Positions 8,144-17,992 are shown, counted from the stretch's first letter. The stretch: 64,000 nucleotides of DNA from Chitinophagaceae bacterium (GCA_027484165.1 JAIXWH010000071.1:41366-105365); one strand, 5' to 3'. A program made the numbers and translations. Notes: a model not told the origin generated them from the sequence alone.

Positions 8144-9982
8144 ATGGGAATGGATAGAAATACATTGATTGGGTTTGTATTAATTGGAGCTTTGCTGATT
8201 ACAATGTTTGTAATTAATAGTAAAGATAGATTGGCTTATGAAGGTGAGCAAAAGCGAATTGCCGATTCAATAGCGAAAGTGCAGAAATCAAAAATAGATT
8301 CAACAGTTGTAAAAAAAGAGACAACTAAAATTGATTCAATCCAAAGGGCGTTGTCATCAGGAGGAATTCAATCAAATGATTTAACAGAAAAAAACATAAC
8401 AATAGAAAATGAGGTTATCAAAGTCACTTTTTCTAATAGGGGAGGACAACCTAAATCAGTTGAGTTAAAAGAATACAAAAAATTCAATCAATCTCCAGTT
8501 GTTCTTAATGAAAGCGAGTTCAATAAAATTTCATACAGGGTTAATTCCACTCCAACAAAGGCTGATGATATTGATAATATTTATTTCAAAACATTACCTA
8601 TAATAACCAATGCAGACAAAAGTAAGGAGATTTCGTTCGAAGCGGGGGATACATTGGGTAGAAAAATCATTCATCAATACATCATTAAACCAAATGATTA
8701 CATGATTGATTTCAATATTAAAATTTCGGGAGCTAATGATTTGTTTACTCAAAATACAATTCATTTTATTTGGCAATCAGAAGCTTCGCAAATTGAAAAA
8801 GACCATGAATACGAATTAACCCAAAGTCATGTTTGTTACATGGAAGGAGATAACTTTGATTTTGAATATTTAGGTAAGCAGGATAGTAAAAGTTTTACAA
8901 AAAATGTCAACTGGCTTGGGGTAAAACAGCAGTTTTTTGCAAGTGCGTTGGTTGCTAAAAACAAATTTTCTTCAGCATCTGCATCATGGAATATTGCTGC
9001 TGACACAAATAGTCATTATTTAGCAAGGGTTACATCTACAGCTCAATATAATTTACCATCAGGCTACAATGTTGAAGTGCCATTGGAGTTGTATTATGGA
9101 CCCAGCGATTATAATATCCTGAAAAAGTACAACAATGGCTTAGAATTTATTGTCCCTTATGGAAGTGGAATTTTTGCATTTGTGAAATATATCAATAGGC
9201 ATTTCCTTTTACCTGTTTTTGATTTTCTACAAAGGAATATAGCAAGCATGGGAATTGTGATTTTGCTTCTCACACTATTAATCAGATTAATTACCTCACC
9301 TATTTTATATAAAAGTTATTTAAGCGGCGCTAAAATGAAAGTTTTAAAGCCTGAGGTTGATGCTTTAAGAGAAAAATATAAAGACGATCAACAAGCCTTT
9401 GGTATGGAGCAAATGAAACTATGGAAAAGTGCAGGAGTAAGCCCTTTAGGTGGTTGCTTGCCTGCATTATTGCAGATTCCAATTTTCATGTCACTTTACT
9501 ATTTCTTTCAATCCAATATAGATTTGAGAGGTAAAAGCTTTTTATGGGCAAACGATTTGTCTGCCTATGATTCAATTGCTAAGATTCCATTTGAAATTCC
9601 ATTTTATGGAGATCATGTTAGTTTATTTACTTTAACGGCAGTTATCACTAGTTTATTGATTTCAATATATAGTATGAATAATATGCAGGATAATAGTAAT
9701 CCTATGATGAAGTATATGCCCTATATCTTTCCTGTTTTACTTTTGGGCGTTTTTAATAAACTACCATCAGCCTTAACATGGTATTATACGGTATCAAATA
9801 CCATTACTTTGATTTTGCAAATCGTGATTCAAAAATATATTATTGATCATGATAAAATTATGACAGAAATAAATGAAAACAGAAAGAAACCGGTAAAAAA
9901 ATCAAAAATGCAGGAGAGAATTGAAGCGATGCAGGAAAGTCAAAAAAAAATCCAAGAATTAAAGAATAAAAATAAAGGGTAA
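8144..9982 (+). CDS. yidC: Membrane protein insertase YidC
   Basis: MDRNTLIGFVLI N-terminal TM, FSNRGG, large periplasmic domain, SPLGGCLPALLQIPIF, LWANDLS, MKYMPYIFP. Confidence 0.96.
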   Translation: MGMDRNTLIGFVLIGALLITMFVINSKDRLAYEGEQKRIADSIAKVQKSKIDSTVVKKETTKIDSIQRALSSGGIQSNDLTEKNITIENEVIKVTFSNRGGQPKSVELKEYKKFNQSPVVLNESEFNKISYRVNSTPTKADDIDNIYFKTLPIITNADKSKEISFEAGDTLGRKIIHQYIIKPNDYMIDFNIKISGANDLFTQNTIHFIWQSEASQIEKDHEYELTQSHVCYMEGDNFDFEYLGKQDSKSFTKNVNWLGVKQQFFASALVAKNKFSSASASWNIAADTNSHYLARVTSTAQYNLPSGYNVEVPLELYYGPSDYNILKKYNNGLEFIVPYGSGIFAFVKYINRHFLLPVFDFLQRNIASMGIVILLLTLLIRLITSPILYKSYLSGAKMKVLKPEVDALREKYKDDQQAFGMEQMKLWKSAGVSPLGGCLPALLQIPIFMSLYYFFQSNIDLRGKSFLWANDLSAYDSIAKIPFEIPFYGDHVSLFTLTAVITSLLISIYSMNNMQDNSNPMMKYMPYIFPVLLLGVFNKLPSALTWYYTVSNTITLILQIVIQKYIIDHDKIMTEINENRKKPVKKSKMQERIEAMQESQKKIQELKNKNKG

Positions 9983-10001
9983 ATCCTGTTAACCAATTGG
10001 T

Positions 10002-10032
10002 AAAAAAGCTGCAATTTATTTGCAGTTTTTTT
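10002..10032 (+). terminator. Intrinsic terminator after yidC
   Basis: AAAAAAGCTGCAA...TTGCAGTTTTTTT. Confidence 0.75.
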
Positions 10033-10098
10033 ATGCATGATAATTAATGGTTTTTTAGTTTTTGTTTGTGTTATCTTTAATCCAATAATTCTATTTAT

Positions 10099-10761
10099 AT
10101 GTTTAGTAAAAAACAAACCATACTTGTATTTCTTGCTTTTCTCACTATAAAAATAAATGCACAGGAAATTATTTATGATGCAACATTGAATTACAAAGTG
10201 TCTGTGAATTCAGATAATGATAAAAATATTTCTAAAATGTTTGAGGGAGCATCATATAAAATATATTTGAAAGGATTGCTGAGTAAAACAGAGTTAAAAA
10301 CATCTCTAGGTTCTGAAACTTCAATTTATGATGGAAAAGAAAATAGAGGTGCGATATTGAAAGAGTACAGTAATCAAAAGTTAATGATTAATATGGATCA
10401 AGATAGTTGGAATAAAAAAAACAAATCTTCGCACCAACTTCAATTTAATGAAGTAAAAGATAAAATTGAAATCATTAATGGCATTTCATGTAAGAAGGCA
10501 ATAGCTCTTGATACCAAAGGGTCTACAATAGTGGTTTATTTTAATCCGGCATTAATCTTGTTTAATAGTGCATACAATAATTGTTTTTCAAGTATTAAAG
10601 GAATACCAATTAGATATGAACAACAATTAACTAATGGTACAAAATATATCTATTCTTTAGTCAATATAGATTACGAAATTATTTCTTCAAACAAATTTGA
10701 ATTGCCAAAATCTGGTTACAGAATAATAAATTACGAAGAAGCAAATAAAATTGAAAACTAA
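10099..10761 (+). CDS. Secreted hypothetical protein, GLPGLI/DUF4412-like
   Basis: Signal peptide; IEIINGISCKKAIA and IKGIPIRYE resemble the GLPGLI/DUF4412 core; C-terminal FELPKSGY. Confidence 0.6.
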   Translation: MFSKKQTILVFLAFLTIKINAQEIIYDATLNYKVSVNSDNDKNISKMFEGASYKIYLKGLLSKTELKTSLGSETSIYDGKENRGAILKEYSNQKLMINMDQDSWNKKNKSSHQLQFNEVKDKIEIINGISCKKAIALDTKGSTIVVYFNPALILFNSAYNNCFSSIKGIPIRYEQQLTNGTKYIYSLVNIDYEIISSNKFELPKSGYRIINYEEANKIEN

Positions 10762-10776
10762 GAGAGTGGAAACCAA

Positions 10777-11130
10777 TTATTTTTTTGGTCTGATAACCAA
10801 TTTCAAGCCAGTATATCCTTGTTTAACCTCAGGCACTAATATTTTATGTTTGTGAGGTACTAAATATAAAGTGTTCCCTTTTTGATAAGAATCTATTGAA
10901 ATGAATTGAAGGCTATTGGTTTTTTCAGGAGTGATGTTGATATGACTTACTCCATTGTATTTCATTCCATTTTTTAAGTTATAAGTAAGTCCACTTTTGA
11001 ATGTTTTTGTAGATGAAATATTAAGCATAACATTATTGCGGCTTTTTTTTCTTATACCCCTATCAGCGAAACAATCTAAAATATTGCTTAACAAAAGAAT
11101 TAATAATAATATGGTCTTTATATTTCTCAC
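10777..11130 (-). CDS. Small basic secreted hypothetical protein
   Basis: Track says +, but GTGAGAAATATAAAG (MRNIK) reads on the minus strand from 11130. Signal peptide ending CFA|DRG; Lys-rich mature part. Confidence 0.75.
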   Translation of the reverse strand: MRNIKTILLLILLLSNILDCFADRGIRKKSRNNVMLNISSTKTFKSGLTYNLKNGMKYNGVSHINITPEKTNSLQFISIDSYQKGNTLYLVPHKHKILVPEVKQGYTGLKLVIRPKK

Positions 11131-11268
11131 TTATAATAGTCTTAATATCTAAACAAATATAATGATAACTTTTTCAGAAAACAATTAATTTATTAGGATT
11201 TAATATACAATATCTCATTTTTTTTTATCGCTTGATATAGTTAAATTACAATATCATACATTCATATC

Positions 11269-12696
11269 ATGAGTAAAAATTCTTTCAAAGAAGACAAAGA
11301 CGGATTTAGTGAGCTTTTAGAAAGTTATCAAGCCTTTAAATTAGGCAACATTTCCATATATATTGATGAAGAAGGGTTTGAAGATATTATAGAATACTTT
11401 AATGAGAATGAGCGTTATACTGAAGCTTTAGAAGCAGCTGAATTTGCTGTAGCTCAATTCACCTATTCCTCAACGCTGTTGATATTAAAAGCGGATACTT
11501 TAGTATCTCTAAGAAGATTTGAAGAAGCATTGTTTATTTTAGATAAAGCAATTTTGTTTGATAGTCAAGATCCTGTTATTTATATAATAAAAACCGACGC
11601 ACTTTTAGCATTAAGCAGATTTGAAGAAGCTGATGAAGTTTTTGCTGAGGCAATGAAAAAATTTGACACAGATGAAAAAGTGAATCTGCTTTTTGAATTA
11701 GCGGATGTTTATGATGATTATGAAATTTTTGATAAGGTTTTTGACTGCTTGAAGATGATTTTGAAGTTAGATTCTGAAAACGAAGAGGCTTTATATAAAA
11801 TTTGTTTTTGGACCGATTATACTGGCAGGAATGAAGAAGGAATAAAACTCCATCAATTTCTCATTGAAAAAAATCCATACAATGAGCTTGCCTGGTTTAA
11901 CTTGGGGGCAGCCTATCAGGGATTAAAACTTTATGAAAAAGCGATTGACGCATATCAGTATGCTGTTGCAATCAATGAGAAATTTGATTATGCATTTAGA
12001 AATATGGGCGATGCATTTATCAAATTGAAAAAATATAAGGAAGCTATAGAGGTTTTGGAGCGAGTGTTAGAGTTGTCTATTCCGGAATCTGTTATATATG
12101 AGGCTATTGGTCATTGTTTATATAAATTAAATAAATTCCCTCAAGCCAGATTTAATTATAAAAAAGCAAGTCATCTTAATCAGGAAGATAGTCAGCTTCA
12201 TTATAAAATTGCTTGTACATATATGGGTGAGGAAAAATGGGAAAATGCAATTAAATCCCTACTCAATGCCTTGAAATTTCATATTATGCAACCTGAATAT
12301 AATTTAGCCATAGGAAAATGTTATTTCCAAACGGGTGATTATGATGAAGCTATTGTTCATCTGAGTAATGTAGTTAGAGTGCGACCTAAAAATACCAATG
12401 GTTGGATTGAATTGCTAAACTGTATGTATTTCTCAAAACAATCAGAAGATGGCTACGAATATGCATCTCATGCTTATGAGATTACAGGATCAAAACCAGT
12501 ATTTCTATTTTATAAAGTAGCATTTTTATTGGAATTGGGTAAATCGAAACAAGCCTTGTTGTATCTTGAACAAGCTTTATCTAATAACCCCAGTCAATTA
12601 AAAATTTTAATAGAAATTAATCCTTCAGTTTTACAAAATCAACAAATAGTTGATTTGATTGCTCGTTACAAAAAAAAATCGTCAAGGAGAAAGTAA
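11269..12696 (+). CDS. Tetratricopeptide repeat protein
   Basis: Multiple TPR units (AWFNLGAAYQGLKLYEKAIDAYQYAVAIN; AFRNMGDAFIKLKKYKEAIEVLERVLEL). Confidence 0.9.
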   Translation: MSKNSFKEDKDGFSELLESYQAFKLGNISIYIDEEGFEDIIEYFNENERYTEALEAAEFAVAQFTYSSTLLILKADTLVSLRRFEEALFILDKAILFDSQDPVIYIIKTDALLALSRFEEADEVFAEAMKKFDTDEKVNLLFELADVYDDYEIFDKVFDCLKMILKLDSENEEALYKICFWTDYTGRNEEGIKLHQFLIEKNPYNELAWFNLGAAYQGLKLYEKAIDAYQYAVAINEKFDYAFRNMGDAFIKLKKYKEAIEVLERVLELSIPESVIYEAIGHCLYKLNKFPQARFNYKKASHLNQEDSQLHYKIACTYMGEEKWENAIKSLLNALKFHIMQPEYNLAIGKCYFQTGDYDEAIVHLSNVVRVRPKNTNGWIELLNCMYFSKQSEDGYEYASHAYEITGSKPVFLFYKVAFLLELGKSKQALLYLEQALSNNPSQLKILIEINPSVLQNQQIVDLIARYKKKSSRRK

Positions 12697-12735
12697 GTCA
12701 ATCATTTAAGGCGACATATTTTCATAGCATTTAAA

Positions 12736-12743
12736 TATCTTTG
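12736..12743 (+). promoter_or_regulatory. -7 promoter element (TATCTTTG) for the comA-like gene
   Basis: Canonical box 17 nt upstream of ATG 12761. Confidence 0.6.
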
Positions 12744-12760
12744 CAAAAAAGCTATTCATT

Positions 12761-13525
12761 ATGAATTTTAATCTTTCACAAATTCCGGAAAGAACATTAA
12801 AACCCCGTAATCATGGAATTACAATGATTATGGACAAAGGATTAAGTATAGAAGAAGCTAGAAATTTAATGAGTGTTGGACATCCTCATATTGATATGGT
12901 CAAACTTGGATTTGGAACTTCTTTTGTTACACCTAATCTCAAAGACAAACTTGAGGTATATAAATCATACAATATGCCAGTATATTTTGGGGGTACTTTG
13001 TTTGAGGCTTTCTTAATTAGAAATCAATTTGAAGATTACATTAATGTTTGTAAGGATTTTGGTGTTAGTTACATGGAAGTAAGTGATGGGTCTATTTCAA
13101 TCCCTCATGCTGAAAAATGTGGATATATCGAAAAGCTTTCTAAACATGGTGTTGTTTTAAGTGAAGTGGGTAGTAAAGATGCAGCGCATATCATTCCTCC
13201 TTATAAATGGATAGAGCTTATGCGTTCTGAATTGAACGCCGGTTCTCTTTATGTAATAGCAGAAGCACGTGAAGCTGGAAATGTAGGTATTTACAGAGGT
13301 TCGGGTGAGGTAAGGGAAGGATTGGTTCAGGAAATATTAACTCAGATTCCTGCAGAAAAAATATTATGGGAAGCACCACAAAAAGCGCAACAACTCTATT
13401 TTCTTCAGCTTATTGGTTGTAATGTTAACTTAGGAAATATAGCTCCTTCAGAAATCATTGCTTTAGAAGCCATGAGAATTGGCTTGAGAGGAGATACCTT
13501 TGAAATGTATCTTGAAAAAAAATAA
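12761..13525 (+). CDS. comA: Phosphosulfolactate synthase (ComA family)
   Basis: KPRNHGITMIMDKG, VKLGFGT, FGGTLFE, EVSDGSI, SEVGSK, IAEAREAG, WEAPQKAQQ, VNLGNI, LRGDT match the ComA family pattern. Confidence 0.88.
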   Translation: MNFNLSQIPERTLKPRNHGITMIMDKGLSIEEARNLMSVGHPHIDMVKLGFGTSFVTPNLKDKLEVYKSYNMPVYFGGTLFEAFLIRNQFEDYINVCKDFGVSYMEVSDGSISIPHAEKCGYIEKLSKHGVVLSEVGSKDAAHIIPPYKWIELMRSELNAGSLYVIAEAREAGNVGIYRGSGEVREGLVQEILTQIPAEKILWEAPQKAQQLYFLQLIGCNVNLGNIAPSEIIALEAMRIGLRGDTFEMYLEKK

Positions 13526-13529
13526 TTGT

Positions 13530-14270
13530 ATGAAAATATATGGGCTGATTGGGTATCCTTTATCTCATTCATTTTCTCAACGTTATTTCAACCAAAAATT
13601 CCAAAAAGAAAGTATTTCAGATTGCAGATTCGATTTGTTGCCCATTGAACAAATTGAACAATTTCCTGTCTTGCTTAGAGATATTGCTGGAATAAAAGGA
13701 ATAGCAGTAACCATCCCATACAAAGAAGATATTATGCCCTATCTCTCAGAGCTCGATTCTAATGCGAGAGAAATACAAGCGGTTAATTGTATAACTATCA
13801 CTAGATTTGGATTGAAGGGATTTAATACCGATGTCATTGGATTTGAAAAATCAATTGCACCTTTAATAAAGCCACATCATAAAAAAGCATTAATCTTAGG
13901 TTCAGGCGGTTCATCAAAAGCTGTGGCATTTTTTCTGAAAAAATCAGGAATAGATTTTTTAATTGTATCACGAAACAAAAGCAATTTATCAAATCACATT
14001 ACTTACAGTGATATCGATGAATATTTAATGATGCAGTACAATCTGGTGATCAATTGTTCTCCTGTTGGCCAATTTCCTGATGTTGACAAACAGCCTGATA
14101 TTCCGTATCAATTTGTAACTCCCAAGCATTTATTTTTTGATTTGATTTATAATCCAGTTAAATCAAATTTTTTAGAGATGGCTGAGTTGAAAGGTGCAAT
14201 AATAAAAAATGGAAGAGAGATGCTTGAAATTCAAGCCGAAGAAAACTGGAAGCTATGGAATCAAAATTAG
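13530..14270 (+). CDS. aroE: Shikimate dehydrogenase
   Basis: GLIGYPLSHSFS, AVTIPYK, AVN, GFNTD, LILGSGG, DLIYNP, MLEIQA. Start at ATG 13530. Confidence 0.93.
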   Translation: MKIYGLIGYPLSHSFSQRYFNQKFQKESISDCRFDLLPIEQIEQFPVLLRDIAGIKGIAVTIPYKEDIMPYLSELDSNAREIQAVNCITITRFGLKGFNTDVIGFEKSIAPLIKPHHKKALILGSGGSSKAVAFFLKKSGIDFLIVSRNKSNLSNHITYSDIDEYLMMQYNLVINCSPVGQFPDVDKQPDIPYQFVTPKHLFFDLIYNPVKSNFLEMAELKGAIIKNGREMLEIQAEENWKLWNQN

Positions 14271-14701
14271 GATTGATTCATTTTTGATTTGAATTTTTGG
14301 GGAACCCCTGCAATTTTTTTGATTTCATAATTATAGAAAACAATTCCTGTTTTTGCTTTTGCAATTTGAATTTCCTTATCGTTTCTGTTTGTTGTAATAC
14401 TGTAATACAATTCAAATCCTGCAGAAGAAAAATCGCCTACTGCAAGTTTGATTTTTAAAATATCTCCATAAAAAGATTCGTTCGAATAACTTACAGCCAA
14501 ATCACTCATAATAATGCTTGTTCCTTCAATGTTTAATTCTGAATACCCCATTGACTTTAGCCAGCTCACCCTTGCCTCATGAATGATACTCACAACGGCA
14601 TCGTTGCCCAGATGATTTCCGTAGTTGATATCTGTAATTCTTACAGGCATTTCAACAACTCCAACCCAATTTTCAGGTATTTCAATTTTTATTCTTCCCA
14701 T
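14267..14701 (-). CDS. Acyl-CoA thioesterase (hotdog, 4HBT/YbgC-like)
   Basis: Track says +, but ATGGGAAGAATA reads on the minus strand from 14701. VRITDINYGNHLGND...HEAR motif. Confidence 0.88.
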   Translation of the reverse strand: MGRIKIEIPENWVGVVEMPVRITDINYGNHLGNDAVVSIIHEARVSWLKSMGYSELNIEGTSIIMSDLAVSYSNESFYGDILKIKLAVGDFSSAGFELYYSITTNRNDKEIQIAKAKTGIVFYNYEIKKIAGVPQKFKSKMNQS

Positions 14702-15273
14702 TAAATATTCATTAAAAAAGTGATCAATTGAGTAACTGCTTTTTTTCTATGACTGAATTTGTTTTTTTCATCCAATGACATTTCTGCAAAAGTTTTATCG
14801 CTTCCTTCAGGAATAAAAATGGCATCATATCCGAAACCGTTAGTGCCAATCTCTGATGCTGTAATTTGGCCTTTGCAGATTCCCTCAAATTGGTATTCTT
14901 TTTCTTCCAAAATTAATGAAATGATAGTCTTGAATTGCGCAGATCTGTTTTGAAAGCCATCCATTTTATTTAATACTTTTTCGATGTTGTTTTTATAGGC
15001 CGATTCATCCTCTGCATATCTTGCGCTTTTTACTCCTGGTTCTCCGTTTAATGCATCGATTTCTAAACCAGTATCCTCACTAAAACAATTTTTGTTTGTG
15101 ATATTGAAAATTGTTGCAGACTTCTCTCTTGCATTTTCTTCAAGGGTGTTGTGTGGTTCAGGAATTTCTATTTCAATTCCAGCTTCTTTCAAGCTTTTTA
15201 CTTCAATCAGTCCATTCAAAATGGAATTCATTTCATTTACTTTATTTTGATTATTGGTAGCGAATATTAACAT
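14701..15273 (-). CDS. rdgB: Non-canonical purine NTP pyrophosphatase (RdgB/HAM1)
   Basis: Track says +, but it is on the minus strand (ATG 15273). ATNNQNK, EDTGLEIDALNGEPGVKSARYA, FGYDAIF, KNKFSHR. Confidence 0.94.
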   Translation of the reverse strand: MLIFATNNQNKVNEMNSILNGLIEVKSLKEAGIEIEIPEPHNTLEENAREKSATIFNITNKNCFSEDTGLEIDALNGEPGVKSARYAEDESAYKNNIEKVLNKMDGFQNRSAQFKTIISLILEEKEYQFEGICKGQITASEIGTNGFGYDAIFIPEGSDKTFAEMSLDEKNKFSHRKKAVTQLITFLMNI

Positions 15274-15283
15274 GAGTGTACGA

Positions 15284-15787
15284 TTAAATGGAGAACATTG
15301 TTTTTAAACATCCCCATAATTTTTTCTTATCATCAATGTTGTTTGACACATAATTCAAAGTTGCTGAATTCAGCAATGGAGTTCCATTTATTTTAAGAAT
15401 TTCGTATTTGGTATTATTAATCTTTAATTCTGTGATTTCTGCCAAATTAAAGTCAAAACTAATTATTGCTTTCGGATTAAAATAGCTAAGTATTTTTTCC
15501 AAAGATGTGTTTGTGTTTCTATGCATATTAAGTATCGCAACATCGGCTATATTCAGTTTACATGCAGATAATATACCTGATAGAAAATTAAGATCAGGGT
15601 CATTTAAATGAACAGATTCACTGTCTTTTAATAGAATGAGGATATTTTTTAAATTATCTCCTAAAAAATTGAAGTTTTCTTCTTTTAAAGAATCGGTGTT
15701 TGATTGCTTCTCGTCTAACACTACGAGAGAATTTTTGTATAATTCTGACAACAAATGTGGGGGCAGTTGAAAATTGTCTAAACTCAT
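15284..15787 (-). CDS. Hypothetical protein with a degenerate uracil-DNA-glycosylase-like / DNA Pol III psi-like pattern
   Basis: Likely start ATG 15787 (MSLDNFQLPP); the track's upstream extension overlaps ilvE. FLSGILSACKLNIADVAILN, FNPKAIISF and DKKKLWGCL resemble UDG family 4 scaffold segments. Confidence 0.65.
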   Translation of the reverse strand: MSLDNFQLPPHLLSELYKNSLVVLDEKQSNTDSLKEENFNFLGDNLKNILILLKDSESVHLNDPDLNFLSGILSACKLNIADVAILNMHRNTNTSLEKILSYFNPKAIISFDFNLAEITELKINNTKYEILKINGTPLLNSATLNYVSNNIDDKKKLWGCLKTMFSI

Positions 15788-15842
15788 AAAATCAGGCTTT
15801 ACGCGTATATTTTTTTGTTTCTTTGCAGTAAAATTAATGAAT

Positions 15843-16910
15843 ATGATTGCAGCTGCCGATTTTAATATTACAAAAGTTGAAAGAAGTAAACTTGTTGATA
15901 TCAATCTTGAGAATATCCCTTTCGGAAAATATTTTACTGACCACATGCTCGAGGTTGATTTCGAAGATGGTGAATGGAAAACTCCGGAAATCAAACCTTA
16001 CCAACCTTTATTGATGGCGCCTTCATTGGCTGCAATTCATTATGGGCAGTCTATTTTTGAAGGGATTAAAGCTTACAAGAATAGTAATGGCGAAGCTTCA
16101 ATATTTAGACCACATGCAAATTTCAAAAGGTTCAATATTTCAGCAAAGCGTATGCAAATGCCTGAAATTCCTGAATTTATTTTCATGGAAGGGATGAAAA
16201 AGCTGATTGAAATGGATAAGAACTGGATTCCTAGTCAGGCAGATCATTCCTTATATATTCGTCCATTCATGTTTAGTTGCGATGATGCAATAGGAGTGAA
16301 GCCCAGCGAAAAATATAAATTCATGATTATCTTAAGTCCAACTGGTCCTTATTACAATAATCCTATGAGAATCTACGTGGAAGAAAAGTATGTTCGTGCA
16401 GTGCCCGGAGGTATTGGTTTTGCTAAAGCTGCAGGAAATTATGGTGCAGCCATGCACGCAACAGCTGAAGCAAAGAAAAATGGATACGATCAGGTTTTAT
16501 GGACTGATGCATTCGATCATCATCATGTTCAGGAATGTGGAACAATGAATGTGTTTTTTATCATAGGTAATACTGTAATTACACCCGATTTATCATCTGG
16601 CACTATCCTTGCAGGTGTCACGAGAGACAGTGTAATTACCTTACTCAAAGAAAAGGGATTTGATGTTCAGGAACGAGCTTTAAGTATCCATGAGGTGATT
16701 CAGGCTCACAAAGAAGGTACTTTAAGAGAAGTGTTTGGAACTGGAACAGCTGCCACCATTTCAGTAATTAAAGAATTAAGATACAAAGAATATATCATGG
16801 AGTTTGATATAGACAAATGGGATGTGACACCTGAAATAAAGACCAGACTTAATGCTATCAGATATGGAGTTGCTGAGGATAAATACGATTGGATGTATAA
16901 AATTCTCTAA
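15843..16910 (+). CDS. ilvE: Branched-chain amino acid aminotransferase
   Basis: FGKYFTDHM, HYGQSIFEGIKAY, LYIRPF, AKAAGNYG, QECGTMNVF, ILAGVTR, FGTGTAA. Start 15837 or 15843. Confidence 0.96.
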   Translation: MIAAADFNITKVERSKLVDINLENIPFGKYFTDHMLEVDFEDGEWKTPEIKPYQPLLMAPSLAAIHYGQSIFEGIKAYKNSNGEASIFRPHANFKRFNISAKRMQMPEIPEFIFMEGMKKLIEMDKNWIPSQADHSLYIRPFMFSCDDAIGVKPSEKYKFMIILSPTGPYYNNPMRIYVEEKYVRAVPGGIGFAKAAGNYGAAMHATAEAKKNGYDQVLWTDAFDHHHVQECGTMNVFFIIGNTVITPDLSSGTILAGVTRDSVITLLKEKGFDVQERALSIHEVIQAHKEGTLREVFGTGTAATISVIKELRYKEYIMEFDIDKWDVTPEIKTRLNAIRYGVAEDKYDWMYKIL

Positions 16911-16932
16911 TACGACTGATAAAATCTACTGT

Positions 16933-16956
16933 AAAACCGCCCCTAAAGGCGGTTTT
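16933..16956 (+). terminator. Intrinsic terminator after ilvE
   Basis: AAAACCGCC-CCTAAA-GGCGGTTTT. Confidence 0.8.
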
Positions 16957-17021
16957 CTGATTAATGTGAATAAATTTTCAATTTTTTAAACATATTTTTT
17001 TCATTTTTGAATGAATATGGT

Positions 17022-17029
17022 TACCTTTG
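17022..17029 (+). promoter_or_regulatory. -7 promoter element (TACCTTTG) for rpsL
   Basis: Canonical box 26 nt upstream of the rpsL ATG. Confidence 0.75.
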
Positions 17030-17055
17030 CCGTCCAAAAAATAAATGGTCAATAA

Positions 17056-17430
17056 ATGCCAACAATTCAACAGTTAGTAAGAAAAGGAAGAGAAATCATT
17101 AAAACTAAGAGTAAATCTAGGGCTTTGGATAGTTGTCCTCAGCGTAGAGGTGTGTGTACGAGAGTGTATACAACTACTCCTAAAAAACCAAATTCAGCTT
17201 TACGTAAAGTTGCAAAAGTGCGTTTGACAAATAAAATTGAGGTTATCGCCTACATTCCAGGTGAAGGACACAATTTGCAAGAGCACTCGATTGTATTGAT
17301 ACGTGGTGGAAGGGTGAAAGATTTACCAGGAGTACGTTATCATATTGTACGTGGTAGCTTGGATACTGCAGGTGTTAAAGACCGTAAACAAAGTCGTAGT
17401 AAATACGGAACTAAAAAAGCAAAAAAATAA
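17056..17430 (+). CDS. rpsL: 30S ribosomal protein S12
   Basis: [40 protein letters not shown]. Confidence 0.99.
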   Translation: MPTIQQLVRKGREIIKTKSKSRALDSCPQRRGVCTRVYTTTPKKPNSALRKVAKVRLTNKIEVIAYIPGEGHNLQEHSIVLIRGGRVKDLPGVRYHIVRGSLDTAGVKDRKQSRSKYGTKKAKK

Positions 17431-17470
17431 TTTAAATACCAAGTCAATTTTTTGACGAAAAATAAAAACA

Positions 17471-17938
17471 ATGCGTAAGTCACAACCGAAAAAGATTCCC
17501 TTAGCTCCAGATCCAAAATTCAACGATAAATTGGTTACAAGATTTGTAAACAATTTAATGTGGGAAGGAAAGAAGAGCGGTGCATTTATTATCTTCTATG
17601 ATTCTTTAGATAAAGTAGCTAAAATCACAGGAGAAGATGGATATGAAGTTTGGAAAAAAGCTTTAAACAACATTACTCCAGGTGTAGAAGTTCGTAGTCG
17701 CCGTATAGGTGGTGCAACCTTCCAAATTCCTTCTGAGGTTAGACCAGACAGAAAAATCTCTTTGAGTATCAAATGGATGATTCGTTACAGCCGTGAAAGA
17801 AACGGTCGTAGCATGGCAGATAAATTAGCTAATGAAATTGTTGCTGCAAGCAAAGGTGAAGGTGCTGCTTTCAAAAAGAAAGAAGACACACACCGTATGG
17901 CTGAGGCGAACAAAGCTTTTGCGCATTTCAAAGTATAA
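17471..17938 (+). CDS. rpsG: 30S ribosomal protein S7
   Basis: [36 protein letters not shown]. Confidence 0.99.
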   Translation: MRKSQPKKIPLAPDPKFNDKLVTRFVNNLMWEGKKSGAFIIFYDSLDKVAKITGEDGYEVWKKALNNITPGVEVRSRRIGGATFQIPSEVRPDRKISLSIKWMIRYSRERNGRSMADKLANEIVAASKGEGAAFKKKEDTHRMAEANKAFAHFKV

Positions 17939-17961
17939 TCTCCAAAAAATAAATTAACATT

Positions 17962-17992
17962 TAGGCTGTCTGAAAAGACGGCCTATTTTTTT
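17962..17992 (+). terminator. Intrinsic terminator after rpsG
   Basis: TAGGCTGTCT-GAAA-AGACGGCCTA followed by a T-tract. Confidence 0.85.

Noticed and set aside
15788-15994. N-terminal extensions given by the track (15994 for the UDG-like gene, 15774 for ilvE, 45868 for pepP, 45749 for pckA, 23653 for S1/P1, 6224 for prs, 42657 for scoA, 13500 for aroE)
   Set aside because: They overlap neighbouring genes or promoter boxes; downstream ATGs give family-typical N-termini.
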